The notes below the pieces were generated by a model. It was not told the origin of the DNA. It was given only the letters and a program-made list of their open reading frames with translations, and searched no databases. Positions 27,405-35,232 of a stretch of 63,272 bases of DNA are shown piece by piece. The position numbers and the translations under genes were made by a program. Origin of the DNA: Flavobacteriales bacterium (GTDB taxonomy: Bacteria > Bacteroidota > Bacteroidia > Flavobacteriales_F > PHOS-HE28); the NCBI GenBank assembly GCA_039933875.1, contig JBDTNF010000140.1:1-63272 (forward strand). Reading direction: 5' to 3'. Numbering within the stretch: the stretch's first letter is position 1; every line of letters starts with the position of its first letter.

Positions 27405-28401
27405 CGAAATTGCGATTGGGTTTGTATGGTACTCCCTCCTTTGTGTTGACGTTGCCTGCTGGGTCGATACGAGCGGCACCAGCAACCGCCGCTTTGACCA
27501 TGGGCCGTAGCAGTGATTCGAGAAGGTCAACGTCCTTGTCTTCTCCTTCCGGGAACCGGTCGCCCAAGTGCTTCCGCCAGAGCTTGCTGGCCTTAAGCTG
27601 GTTCTTCTCAGCTACTGCTTGGGCCGCGTCCTCAGAGAACGTCTTTAGCGCGTCCCGGAATTTCGCCTTTTGATCAAGGTCAAGCTTCTTGGTCAGGTCA
27701 TCGAATGCCCATACCGGCATCTGGCAGGTACACTGCGGAGTTATCGTGGTGTACATCTGCCGCAGCAGATTAGCCAATGCCTTGTCATCCCGTTCGTCAG
27801 CCAGGAAGCGCTCGCAAGTCCACGTGGTAAGTGCAACGCCGCTGGGTGTTTTGAACGACCGTGCATCGCACCAGGCCTTGAGGTACTTGATCATTCGCTT
27901 CAACTGGCCAGCGCTATCGCTCTTTTGGTTGAACCATTCCCAAAAAGCCTTAGGGTCACTGTCTTGCCACCCCTCCTTGGTTGCTAGGTGTGGATGGGAG
28001 TCGGACGGGGTCTTGTAGTATACCGGAATGTCGATGTGGTAGTCCTTTGCATAAATGACCCGTATGCACTTGCTCCGGTGCTCAGGCTTCGTGCCGGTCC
28101 AATTTTCCACGGCGTCCCACACGTAGCCTTGGATAGTAGCCGGAGCCACCTCGGGTTTCTCCAAGAAGTATAGTCCGAGGTCCACGTCATAGGTGGCGTC
28201 TGACTCCTTCTGCACCATCGTCTTCATTTTGTATGAACCTTGGAGAGCGAAACGTGGTGTCGTAAGACCCTCCTTCTTCTTGAAGTAGTTCGTCAGGTGG
28301 TCCTGAAGGGCCATTCGTGAATCCTTGAGCTTTTCAAGACGGTTACCCGAGACTGTGATCTGATCGTTGAATGTGCCGAAGAGGCGGTTACAGTTGGCCA
28401 T
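27397..28401 (-). CDS. cGAS/DncV-like nucleotidyltransferase (CD-NTase) of a CBASS system
   Basis: 334 aa. The nucleotidyltransferase motifs are LQGSYKMKT (G-S), ATYDVDLGLYF (DxD) and YHIDIPVYY (third Asp). It sits directly downstream of a patatin effector gene. The C-terminus ends ...PNRNFGG. Confidence 0.8.
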   Translation of the reverse strand: MANCNRLFGTFNDQITVSGNRLEKLKDSRMALQDHLTNYFKKKEGLTTPRFALQGSYKMKTMVQKESDATYDVDLGLYFLEKPEVAPATIQGYVWDAVENWTGTKPEHRSKCIRVIYAKDYHIDIPVYYKTPSDSHPHLATKEGWQDSDPKAFWEWFNQKSDSAGQLKRMIKYLKAWCDARSFKTPSGVALTTWTCERFLADERDDKALANLLRQMYTTITPQCTCQMPVWAFDDLTKKLDLDQKAKFRDALKTFSEDAAQAVAEKNQLKASKLWRKHLGDRFPEGEDKDVDLLESLLRPMVKAAVAGAARIDPAGNVNTKEGVPYKPNRNFGG

Positions 28402-28405
28402 AGGC

Positions 28406-29488
28406 TTAGGGTGTTGGTTTTGTAGTCGGGCGAACAGGTGGGGTGTAGTCCCGGAAGTTGTTGTCGTCTATGAAAGTGGCAATCACCTTGGCGCCATAAG
28501 TTTGGAACGCTCGATGGCCGAGTTGCACAAGGGTCCTGATCTTCCGTTTGCCCTTTGTGTCGAGGGGCAATTTCAAATTAGACCCGAGGTCAACAGAGAT
28601 TCGCTCATAAGGGAAGATGTAGTTCTTCACGGCGCCCACACCACCCGATAGTATGTCGATGTTGAAGTGTATCGATTGGGCCTGTGCCTGCATCATAAGG
28701 TCAAGTACGCGCGCCTTACGCATCCAATAGAATCGCCCCCATGGCTTTGGGAACAAGCCCCAGACTATTCTTCGACGGCCTTCAGAGAAGGTGCTATGTC
28801 CAGTACCGATCGATAGCAGCCTGATTTCCTCCAGCTTATGCCCAAGTCCTCGGTGCGCTTCGGTTAGACCAATGAGCGATGGGTTGTTCGCGAAAATCCC
28901 ACCGTCAACCTTGAGGTCGAACGGTGTCTCTGCACCGGATTGCAAGTTCGCGTACGACGATGAATATGGATTGAAATAGGTGGGCGCAGCCGACGACGCC
29001 ATGGCTACCATGTAAGCCGGTATGTGAAGGTCGATGTGAAACTGCGGGTGGTGTGGCGTTTTGAATACTCTGGTTGTGGCAGCGAGCAGGTCATAGGCTG
29101 GTATGCAAACCCGGGTCTTAAGATCAATCAACCGAGGGTCCGTCTTGTCTTCGCCTTGGAATGTCTTCCGAACCAAAGCCTCCAATGCACGGCTCCTGTA
29201 CTTCGACCAGATCCATCCGAACGAACGCTTGCAGAAAATCGCACGCGCATTGTTCCGATAGAGGTCAACGATGGTCTGAGCAGGAATATCCAAAGCCAAG
29301 GCCAGAGCAATGATGCTCCCCGTTGAAGTACCACAGATGAGATCGAAGTGCTCCCGTAACCGAGGGGATTTTCCGTCCTGCTGCAAGCGGGCCTCCATCT
29401 CCGCCAAGAACTCGGCCGCTAGTATGCCCCGGATGCCTCCGCCATCAATCGACAATACCGTGAACTTCTTATCCGGCATGGTGCGCAA
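28406..29488 (-). CDS. capV: patatin-like phospholipase, CBASS effector (CapV-like)
   Basis: 360 aa. LSIDGGGIRGILAA (oxyanion hole), CGTSTGSII (GxSxG nucleophile) and KVDGGIFANNP (catalytic Asp-Gly-Gly). Confidence 0.85.
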   Translation of the reverse strand: MRTMPDKKFTVLSIDGGGIRGILAAEFLAEMEARLQQDGKSPRLREHFDLICGTSTGSIIALALALDIPAQTIVDLYRNNARAIFCKRSFGWIWSKYRSRALEALVRKTFQGEDKTDPRLIDLKTRVCIPAYDLLAATTRVFKTPHHPQFHIDLHIPAYMVAMASSAAPTYFNPYSSSYANLQSGAETPFDLKVDGGIFANNPSLIGLTEAHRGLGHKLEEIRLLSIGTGHSTFSEGRRRIVWGLFPKPWGRFYWMRKARVLDLMMQAQAQSIHFNIDILSGGVGAVKNYIFPYERISVDLGSNLKLPLDTKGKRKIRTLVQLGHRAFQTYGAKVIATFIDDNNFRDYTPPVRPTTKPTP

Positions 29489-30755
29489 TTGTTTTCACCC
29501 GCACCGCCCCCGTCAGCAACTGCTGCATCAAGCCGCGCTTCTGGGTGGTGATGTGGGTGAGTTGGTCTTCGAGCAAGGTGATCTCGTTGTCCATCGCTTC
29601 GAGCAGACGCGTGATCAGCGTCTGTTCCGCAGCAGGTGCGATGGGCAGTTCCATGTGCGCGAGTTGCGATGGATAGATATGTACCACGGAATGTCCTTGG
29701 CCGAGCTTCTTGCGCTGGGCGTCGGCGGTGGCGCTGCTCAGCGCGAACGAGAGGTACAGCGGATCAATGCCCTTCGGCCGAAGGATGATCACATCGCCAC
29801 CGGCGCATGCTGGACCATCGCCGAGGTACACGGCTGCCTTCCCGATCTCTTCAGCCGTTTCACCAGAACCAGCGAATAGCACATCGCCTTTGTAGATCGG
29901 TTGACTGGCCTCGGCGGTGCTGGGGTCGATGAACGAGTAGAACTTCTTGATGAGGACATGATGCACCGTGTACAGTTCCCCGTAGGTGACGCACGGCACG
30001 CCGCTTTCGCGCAGATCGTTCTTGGTGATGCCCTTGCCTTTCGAGAACGTACCGAGGTCGGCGAGCTTCATCCGCTTCCATGCGCCGGTATGTCCGTTCA
30101 ACCTCCGCTTCCCGCTGAGCAACTCTTGCATAAGCCCCTGCTTGCGGCGCTGCTTGGCGGCGATCAGCGCGCCCAGGGTGGTTATGGCTTTGTCCCAGGT
30201 GCCGAGGATGGCGGCGATGCGGCGTTGTTCAGGGAGAGTTGGGCTGGCAACAAACAGTGTAAGAATGTCGCCTCGCGAAACTCCCGGAATCATGTTCCCG
30301 CGCGAAAGCACTTCGATCTGCTCAGCCTTGCTGTTCAACAGGTAATACAGGAACAGGTCATCAAGGTCTTTCGCCACAGCCGCCATCAATTGCCGACCCA
30401 TGGAAACCTCGAGCATCTTCTGATAGAATATGGTCCCAGCACCAGACCCCTTTACAGTGATCAATGTCGAGTGTTGGGGCGCGATCGCTTGGCGCAGTAG
30501 TGTTCTCTTCTGTACCAGGTCCTCATGTTGGACAACATCAGTTGGCCCGGTGAAGTAGGCCATGCCATTTCCACCGAAAGAGTACTCACCCTTGTTCAAA
30601 TGGAATCCAGACACCAAGGCGATGTGAGCGCCCAACTTGCCAACCCCCCACTCCTCCGGCAACCACCCGAGCTTGGTGAGCTTGTAGCCCGGCCGCACGG
30701 CACCCTTCGACTTTGCGCTAAGCGTTGCTGCGATGACTACTTCACGCTTGGCCAT
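29469..30755 (-). CDS. hsdS: type I restriction enzyme, S (specificity) subunit with two TRDs
   Basis: 428 aa. Two target-recognition halves are each followed by a conserved helix (LPEQRRIAAILGTWDKAI...QGLMQELLSGK and AAEQTLITRLLEAMDNEI...RGLMQQLLTG). Confidence 0.88.
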   Translation of the reverse strand: MAKREVVIAATLSAKSKGAVRPGYKLTKLGWLPEEWGVGKLGAHIALVSGFHLNKGEYSFGGNGMAYFTGPTDVVQHEDLVQKRTLLRQAIAPQHSTLITVKGSGAGTIFYQKMLEVSMGRQLMAAVAKDLDDLFLYYLLNSKAEQIEVLSRGNMIPGVSRGDILTLFVASPTLPEQRRIAAILGTWDKAITTLGALIAAKQRRKQGLMQELLSGKRRLNGHTGAWKRMKLADLGTFSKGKGITKNDLRESGVPCVTYGELYTVHHVLIKKFYSFIDPSTAEASQPIYKGDVLFAGSGETAEEIGKAAVYLGDGPACAGGDVIILRPKGIDPLYLSFALSSATADAQRKKLGQGHSVVHIYPSQLAHMELPIAPAAEQTLITRLLEAMDNEITLLEDQLTHITTQKRGLMQQLLTGAVRVKTIAHHAG

Positions 30756-31545
30756 CGAGAATGCGTTTGGTTTGGCGGACCATGTTCACGAACAACTCCT
30801 CGCGTTCATTCAGGTCCATGCTGGACAGCGGCTTGCTCGGGGGGTTCAGTGCTTGGTACTGGTTGAGATCAGGGAATTCATCGAACAGACAGGGCTTCAG
30901 GATGAGCGGCAGGATGACGGCGCCTTCCTTCTCCGCTGCTGCTAACAAGGGCGGCAGTTCTTCACTGGCAATGAACTCCGACCCCAGGAAATCGGTGCTG
31001 ACCAGTGGGATGGCAACCTTGGTGTTCTTGATCGCCTTGCGGATCTCGTCCTTCCATTTGTCACCACCCTTGATGCGTTCGTCATCCCAGAGTTCAATTC
31101 CTGCTTTGAGCGGTTTGAAATGTCGTTGCACTTCGGTGAGCACGTCCTTATCGCGATGGCTATAGCTGATGAAGACGTTGGTCCTCGGTGCATCCGCCGT
31201 ATGGTATTTCTGATGCGCCACGATCGGAAGTGTTCCGATCTCTTGCCGCAGATAGAACAGGACGACTTCCGCCGCACCCTCAACCGGACAATCAGGTTTG
31301 GGCTCACCTCCATGCGCTTGATCGCGATGTGCGTTCAGCGCTTGGGAAACATCCTTCGTCAATTGGTCGAGGAAGATGGACTTCGCTGGGCCCGCATAGA
31401 AGTCCGCTAGTCTGATCTTTACCTTTTGGAATGCACGGGCAACTGAATGTGTATCCAGGTCTTGCAGTTCCTGTTCAGCGAAGGTGGTCGCCTCCCTACG
31501 GATGATCTCCTCATCTTTCAGGGTCAGTTCGGGCTCCTTGCTCAT
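30742..31545 (-). CDS. TIR-domain protein with an unrecognised N-terminal region of about 120 aa
   Basis: 267 aa. The C-terminal half NVFISYSHRDKDVLTEVQRHF...IELWDDERIKGGDKWKDEIRKAIKNTKVAIPLVSTDFLGSEFIASEEL is a typical bacterial TIR, including a candidate catalytic Glu. Its ATG overlaps the stop of the upstream gene (ATGA). Confidence 0.8.
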   Translation of the reverse strand: MSKEPELTLKDEEIIRREATTFAEQELQDLDTHSVARAFQKVKIRLADFYAGPAKSIFLDQLTKDVSQALNAHRDQAHGGEPKPDCPVEGAAEVVLFYLRQEIGTLPIVAHQKYHTADAPRTNVFISYSHRDKDVLTEVQRHFKPLKAGIELWDDERIKGGDKWKDEIRKAIKNTKVAIPLVSTDFLGSEFIASEELPPLLAAAEKEGAVILPLILKPCLFDEFPDLNQYQALNPPSKPLSSMDLNEREELFVNMVRQTKRILDGQA

Positions 31546-32318
31546 GGTGTGGTTATGGTTTCCAGTTCCAGCACCGCACCGGTATCGAAGCTCTTGTGCT
31601 CACCCTGCCGCACATAGCCCAACTGGTTGGTGAGCATGCGCGTGCGGCCGATGGTGAAGGCGGGCGTGTTGGTATGGTGGTGGCCATAGATCCACGCATC
31701 GGCGTTGCTGTCCGCGATCAGATCGTGCAGTTCCACGGCGAAGGCTTCGTTCAGCGCGTCGCCCTTGTACTGCGGAGGGTAGTGCATGAAGGTGGGCACG
31801 TGGTGGGTCATCACCACCGTAGGCCCGGCGAAGGGCTTCGCGAGTTCCGTCTTCAACCAGGCGAGGCTGGCTTCGTGCAACCGCGTGGTGTGCGCGGGCA
31901 GGAGCAGGATGCCGCCGTTGCGGATCTGGTGGTAGTCGTTCATGTCGCGCCGCACCGCGTGCTCGTTCATGTTACCGATGGATGTCCACAATGTGGTGCA
32001 GAGGATGCGTGCGCCACCTGCGAACACGGTGGTGTCGTTCACGAGACGAACGTTGTGCGCGATCTCCTCATCCACTGTTCCGCTGCGCTCGGTGATGTCG
32101 CCGCCGTAGTACTCGTGGTTGCCGGGTATCCACACCACCTGCTTGAAGTGCTTCCCCACGTAGCGGAAGAAGTCCATGTAACCGGGCAGCTTCTGGAAGG
32201 TGACGATATCCCCCGCCAGCAACAACACGTCCGCCTTGGGTTCCAAAGGGTGCGCGAGCAACCGCGCCCGGTTCTCCGGGAATTCGAGGTGCAGGTCGCT
32301 GGCGTATTGGGGGGTCAT
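31542..32318 (-). CDS. calcineurin-like metallophosphoesterase
   Basis: 258 aa. Metallophosphoesterase motifs appear in order: ASDLHLEF (DxH), LLLAGDIV (GD), IPGNHEYY (GNHE), VVMTHHVP (H) and IYGHHH (GH.H). Confidence 0.8.
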   Translation of the reverse strand: MTPQYASDLHLEFPENRARLLAHPLEPKADVLLLAGDIVTFQKLPGYMDFFRYVGKHFKQVVWIPGNHEYYGGDITERSGTVDEEIAHNVRLVNDTTVFAGGARILCTTLWTSIGNMNEHAVRRDMNDYHQIRNGGILLLPAHTTRLHEASLAWLKTELAKPFAGPTVVMTHHVPTFMHYPPQYKGDALNEAFAVELHDLIADSNADAWIYGHHHTNTPAFTIGRTRMLTNQLGYVRQGEHKSFDTGAVLELETITTP

Positions 32319-32365
32319 GGTGGGGTCGGATGGCTATCATATTGGTGATGCCACCGAAATGATGG

Positions 32366-33415
32366 TCAGGGTTTCTTCTTAGGCTTCACGGGCTTGGGGT
32401 CGTTGTCCTTGTCCGACTTTCCGCCGGTCAGCCGCTTCACCTCTTTATCGAAGTCGCTGATGTAGTCGCGGTCCTGCTGCACGCGGAACTTCTCGAACTC
32501 GCCCTCGGCCAGTTGCACAGCCACGTCGTGGCTCACCTTGCCGGCGTCCTTCAGCACGGTGTACTCGTTGAACTGCAGGAAGGCATCGAGCTTACCAGCC
32601 CAGTCCTTCATGTTCATGGTGATGCTGCGTTTCGCCTGGTTCTCGGCATAGTCCAGGTACATGCTGACGATGCGGTCCAGTTCCGCGATCTCCTCCACGT
32701 TCAGGTAGTTCTTGGCCACGGTCACGTCGCTCTTGAGCACTTTGCCCGCAGGCGCGTTCTTCCAGGTGGTAAGGCCCATGTGCGGCAGTTCGGCTTTGGC
32801 GCGTTCGGCGATCAGCTCGGCGGCGGTGTGGCGGTGGATGGCCCAATGCAGCTTGTTCTGCACGGTCTTGTAGAAGAGGCGGGTCACCTCATCGCTGGCG
32901 TCGTAGTCCCGGCTGCACTCCTTGTAGATGTCGGTGATCTTCTCATAGAAGCGTCGTTCGCTCGCGCGGATCTCGCGGATGCGTTCGAGCAGTTCCTCGA
33001 AGTAGTCCTGTCCGAACTGCTTGCCTTGTTTCAATCGGGCATCGTCCAGCACGAAGCCCTTGATCATATACTCCTTCAGGGTGTTGGTGGCCCAGATGCG
33101 GAACTTGGTGGCGCGCTGGCTGTTCACGCGGTAGCCCACGGCGATGATGGCGTCCAGGTTGTACACCTCCACCTCGCGGCGCACTTCGCGCCTGCCTTCC
33201 TGCTGAACCATTAGAATTTTTCTAATAGTTGCTTCCTCCTGCAACTCAGCGGTTTGGAAGATCTGTTTGAGGTGGTAGTTCACTGTGGGGATCTCCACAT
33301 CGAACAGCTCGGCGAGCTTCTTCTGGGTGAGCCAGAAGGTTTCGCTCTCGAAGAAGACCTCGATGCGCACGTCGCCCTCCGGCGTGGTGTAGAAGATGAT
33401 CTCGTTCTCGCTCAT
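32366..33415 (-). CDS. RhuM-family protein (type I R-M-associated, function unknown)
   Basis: 349 aa. N-terminus IIFYTTPEGDVRIEVFFESETFWLTQKKLAELFDV...TVNYHLKQIF....YNLDAIIAVGYRVNSQRATKFRIWAT matches the RhuM family signature as I remember it. Confidence 0.7.
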   Translation of the reverse strand: MSENEIIFYTTPEGDVRIEVFFESETFWLTQKKLAELFDVEIPTVNYHLKQIFQTAELQEEATIRKILMVQQEGRREVRREVEVYNLDAIIAVGYRVNSQRATKFRIWATNTLKEYMIKGFVLDDARLKQGKQFGQDYFEELLERIREIRASERRFYEKITDIYKECSRDYDASDEVTRLFYKTVQNKLHWAIHRHTAAELIAERAKAELPHMGLTTWKNAPAGKVLKSDVTVAKNYLNVEEIAELDRIVSMYLDYAENQAKRSITMNMKDWAGKLDAFLQFNEYTVLKDAGKVSHDVAVQLAEGEFEKFRVQQDRDYISDFDKEVKRLTGGKSDKDNDPKPVKPKKKP

Positions 33416-33418
33416 GGC

Positions 33419-34945
33419 TCACTTCGTCAACAGGCCGAGTTCCTTCAGGTACTTGTCCATCTCCCCACGCACGTTCACTAGTTCGCCTTCCAGTCGGTCG
33501 ATCTCCTGCTGCGTGGCGGCGATGTCCACCGGTGCCTCCTCCTCGAAGGTGTCCACGTAGCGCGGTATGTTCAGGTTGAACTCGTTCTGCTCGATCTCGG
33601 CGAGCGTGGCCACATGGCTGTACTTCTCTGCTTCGGCCTTGGTGCGGTAGGTCTCCACCACACGGGCGATGTCCTGTTCGCGCAGGCGGTTCTGCTTCTT
33701 GCCAGCATCGTAGTCGTTGCTGGCGTCGATGAAAAGCACCGAGGTATTCGGGCCCTTCGCCTTGTTGAAGAGCAGGATGGCGGCCGGGATGCCGGTGCCG
33801 AAGAAGAGGTTGCTGGGCAGGCCGATCACGGCCTCGAGCAGATTCTCGCGTACCAGCGCTTCGCGGATGCGGCCTTCGGCACCGCCACGGAAGAGCACCC
33901 CATGCGGCACGATCACACCTACGCGACCGGTGGGCAAAGTGGTGTCGATCATGTGCAGGATGAAGGCGTAGTCTCCTTTGCTCTTCGGCGGTATGCCGCG
34001 AACGAAGCGCTTGTGCTGGTCGGCCTCGGCGTTCTCAGCACCCCACTTGTCCAGGCTGAACGGCGGGTTCGCCACCACCACATCGAACTTCATCAGCTCA
34101 TGCCCCTCGCGCAGTTTGGGGTTGTTGATGGTGTCGCCCCACTCGATGTCGGCGCTGTCCATCTCATGCAGGAACATGTTCATCTTGGCCAGCGCCCATG
34201 TGTCGCCGTTGCTGTCCTGTCCGTAGAGGGCAAAGTCGCGCGAGGGTTTGCCGCTCTTATCGGTGACGTGTTCTGCCACGGTGATGAGCAAACTGCCGCT
34301 GCCGCAAGTGGGATCACAAATGCGCGCACCGGCTTTCGGGGCAACGAGCCGCGCAAGCAGTTCGCTCACTTCATGCGGTGTGTAAAATTCCCCGCCCTTC
34401 TTGCCGGCTCCTGAGGCGAAGCGTTCGATGAGGTACATGTATGCGTTGCCGATCACGTCCTCCTTCTTCTCGTAGTAGGAAGGACGGAAGTTGAGTTCAT
34501 CGGACGCGAAATCCTCCAGAAGGTTCTTCAGTCGGCGGTTGCGGTCCTTGGTCTGGCCCAGCTTCTCGCTGTTGAAGCTGATGTTGCGAAAAACGCCATC
34601 GAGCTTGGCGAGGTTCTGGTCCTCGATCTTGGCCAGCGCCTTGTCGATCTCCTCGCCGATGTTGTCCGCGTTGCGCTTGGCGTAGATGTCGCCGAAGGTG
34701 CAGCCATCGGGCAGCACGAAACGCTCGCGGCTCATCTTGCGCTTCACCAGTTCGGTCTGGTGTCCGAGTTCGCGGTGTACGTCATCGAGCTTCTCGCCCC
34801 ACACATCGCTGAGGTACTTCAGGAACATGAAGACGAGGATGAAGTTCTTGTACTCGCTGCTGTCGAAGGCACCACGGAAGGTGTCGCAGGCGGCCCAGAG
34901 CTTGGCATTGATCTGGTCTTGGTTGGGGGCCATCTTGATCTTCAT
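33419..34945 (-). CDS. hsdM: type I restriction enzyme, M subunit (N6-adenine DNA methyltransferase)
   Basis: 508 aa. HsdM N-terminal domain (LWAACDTFRG...), SAM-binding GEFYTPHEVSELLARLV...ICDPTCGSGSLL, and catalytic VVANPPFS. Confidence 0.92.
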   Translation of the reverse strand: MKIKMAPNQDQINAKLWAACDTFRGAFDSSEYKNFILVFMFLKYLSDVWGEKLDDVHRELGHQTELVKRKMSRERFVLPDGCTFGDIYAKRNADNIGEEIDKALAKIEDQNLAKLDGVFRNISFNSEKLGQTKDRNRRLKNLLEDFASDELNFRPSYYEKKEDVIGNAYMYLIERFASGAGKKGGEFYTPHEVSELLARLVAPKAGARICDPTCGSGSLLITVAEHVTDKSGKPSRDFALYGQDSNGDTWALAKMNMFLHEMDSADIEWGDTINNPKLREGHELMKFDVVVANPPFSLDKWGAENAEADQHKRFVRGIPPKSKGDYAFILHMIDTTLPTGRVGVIVPHGVLFRGGAEGRIREALVRENLLEAVIGLPSNLFFGTGIPAAILLFNKAKGPNTSVLFIDASNDYDAGKKQNRLREQDIARVVETYRTKAEAEKYSHVATLAEIEQNEFNLNIPRYVDTFEEEAPVDIAATQQEIDRLEGELVNVRGEMDKYLKELGLLTK

Positions 34946-35232
34946 CGGGTGGCGTTTATGAGTGCGGTGAATTCAGCACATTTCTTTTCTGCGTCGAGGA
35001 GCACCTGTTGTGACTCCGAAACACCATCGGTAAGAAGCCGCAGCACTTCGCCTTGCCATTTCTCGATCGCTTGGCGGATGATGTTTAGCCGTTGTTCGCC
35101 GTTCTCAATCTGCTGTAGCTCCTTGGTCAACTCGCTCTTTCGCTGGCTGAAGGCTGACCTCTGCTGCTGCAAAGCACTGAAGGCCCCTTTGATCTGGTCC
35201 TGTATGCTTCTCTTTTTATCTTCTGTCATCAT
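34942..35232 (-). CDS. small coiled-coil hypothetical protein
   Basis: 96-aa ORF rich in heptad-like Q/E/K/L sequence. It has 4-nt overlaps with both neighbours (half-hsdS upstream, hsdM downstream), which supports translation within the operon. Confidence 0.5.
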   Translation of the reverse strand: MMTEDKKRSIQDQIKGAFSALQQQRSAFSQRKSELTKELQQIENGEQRLNIIRQAIEKWQGEVLRLLTDGVSESQQVLLDAEKKCAEFTALINATR

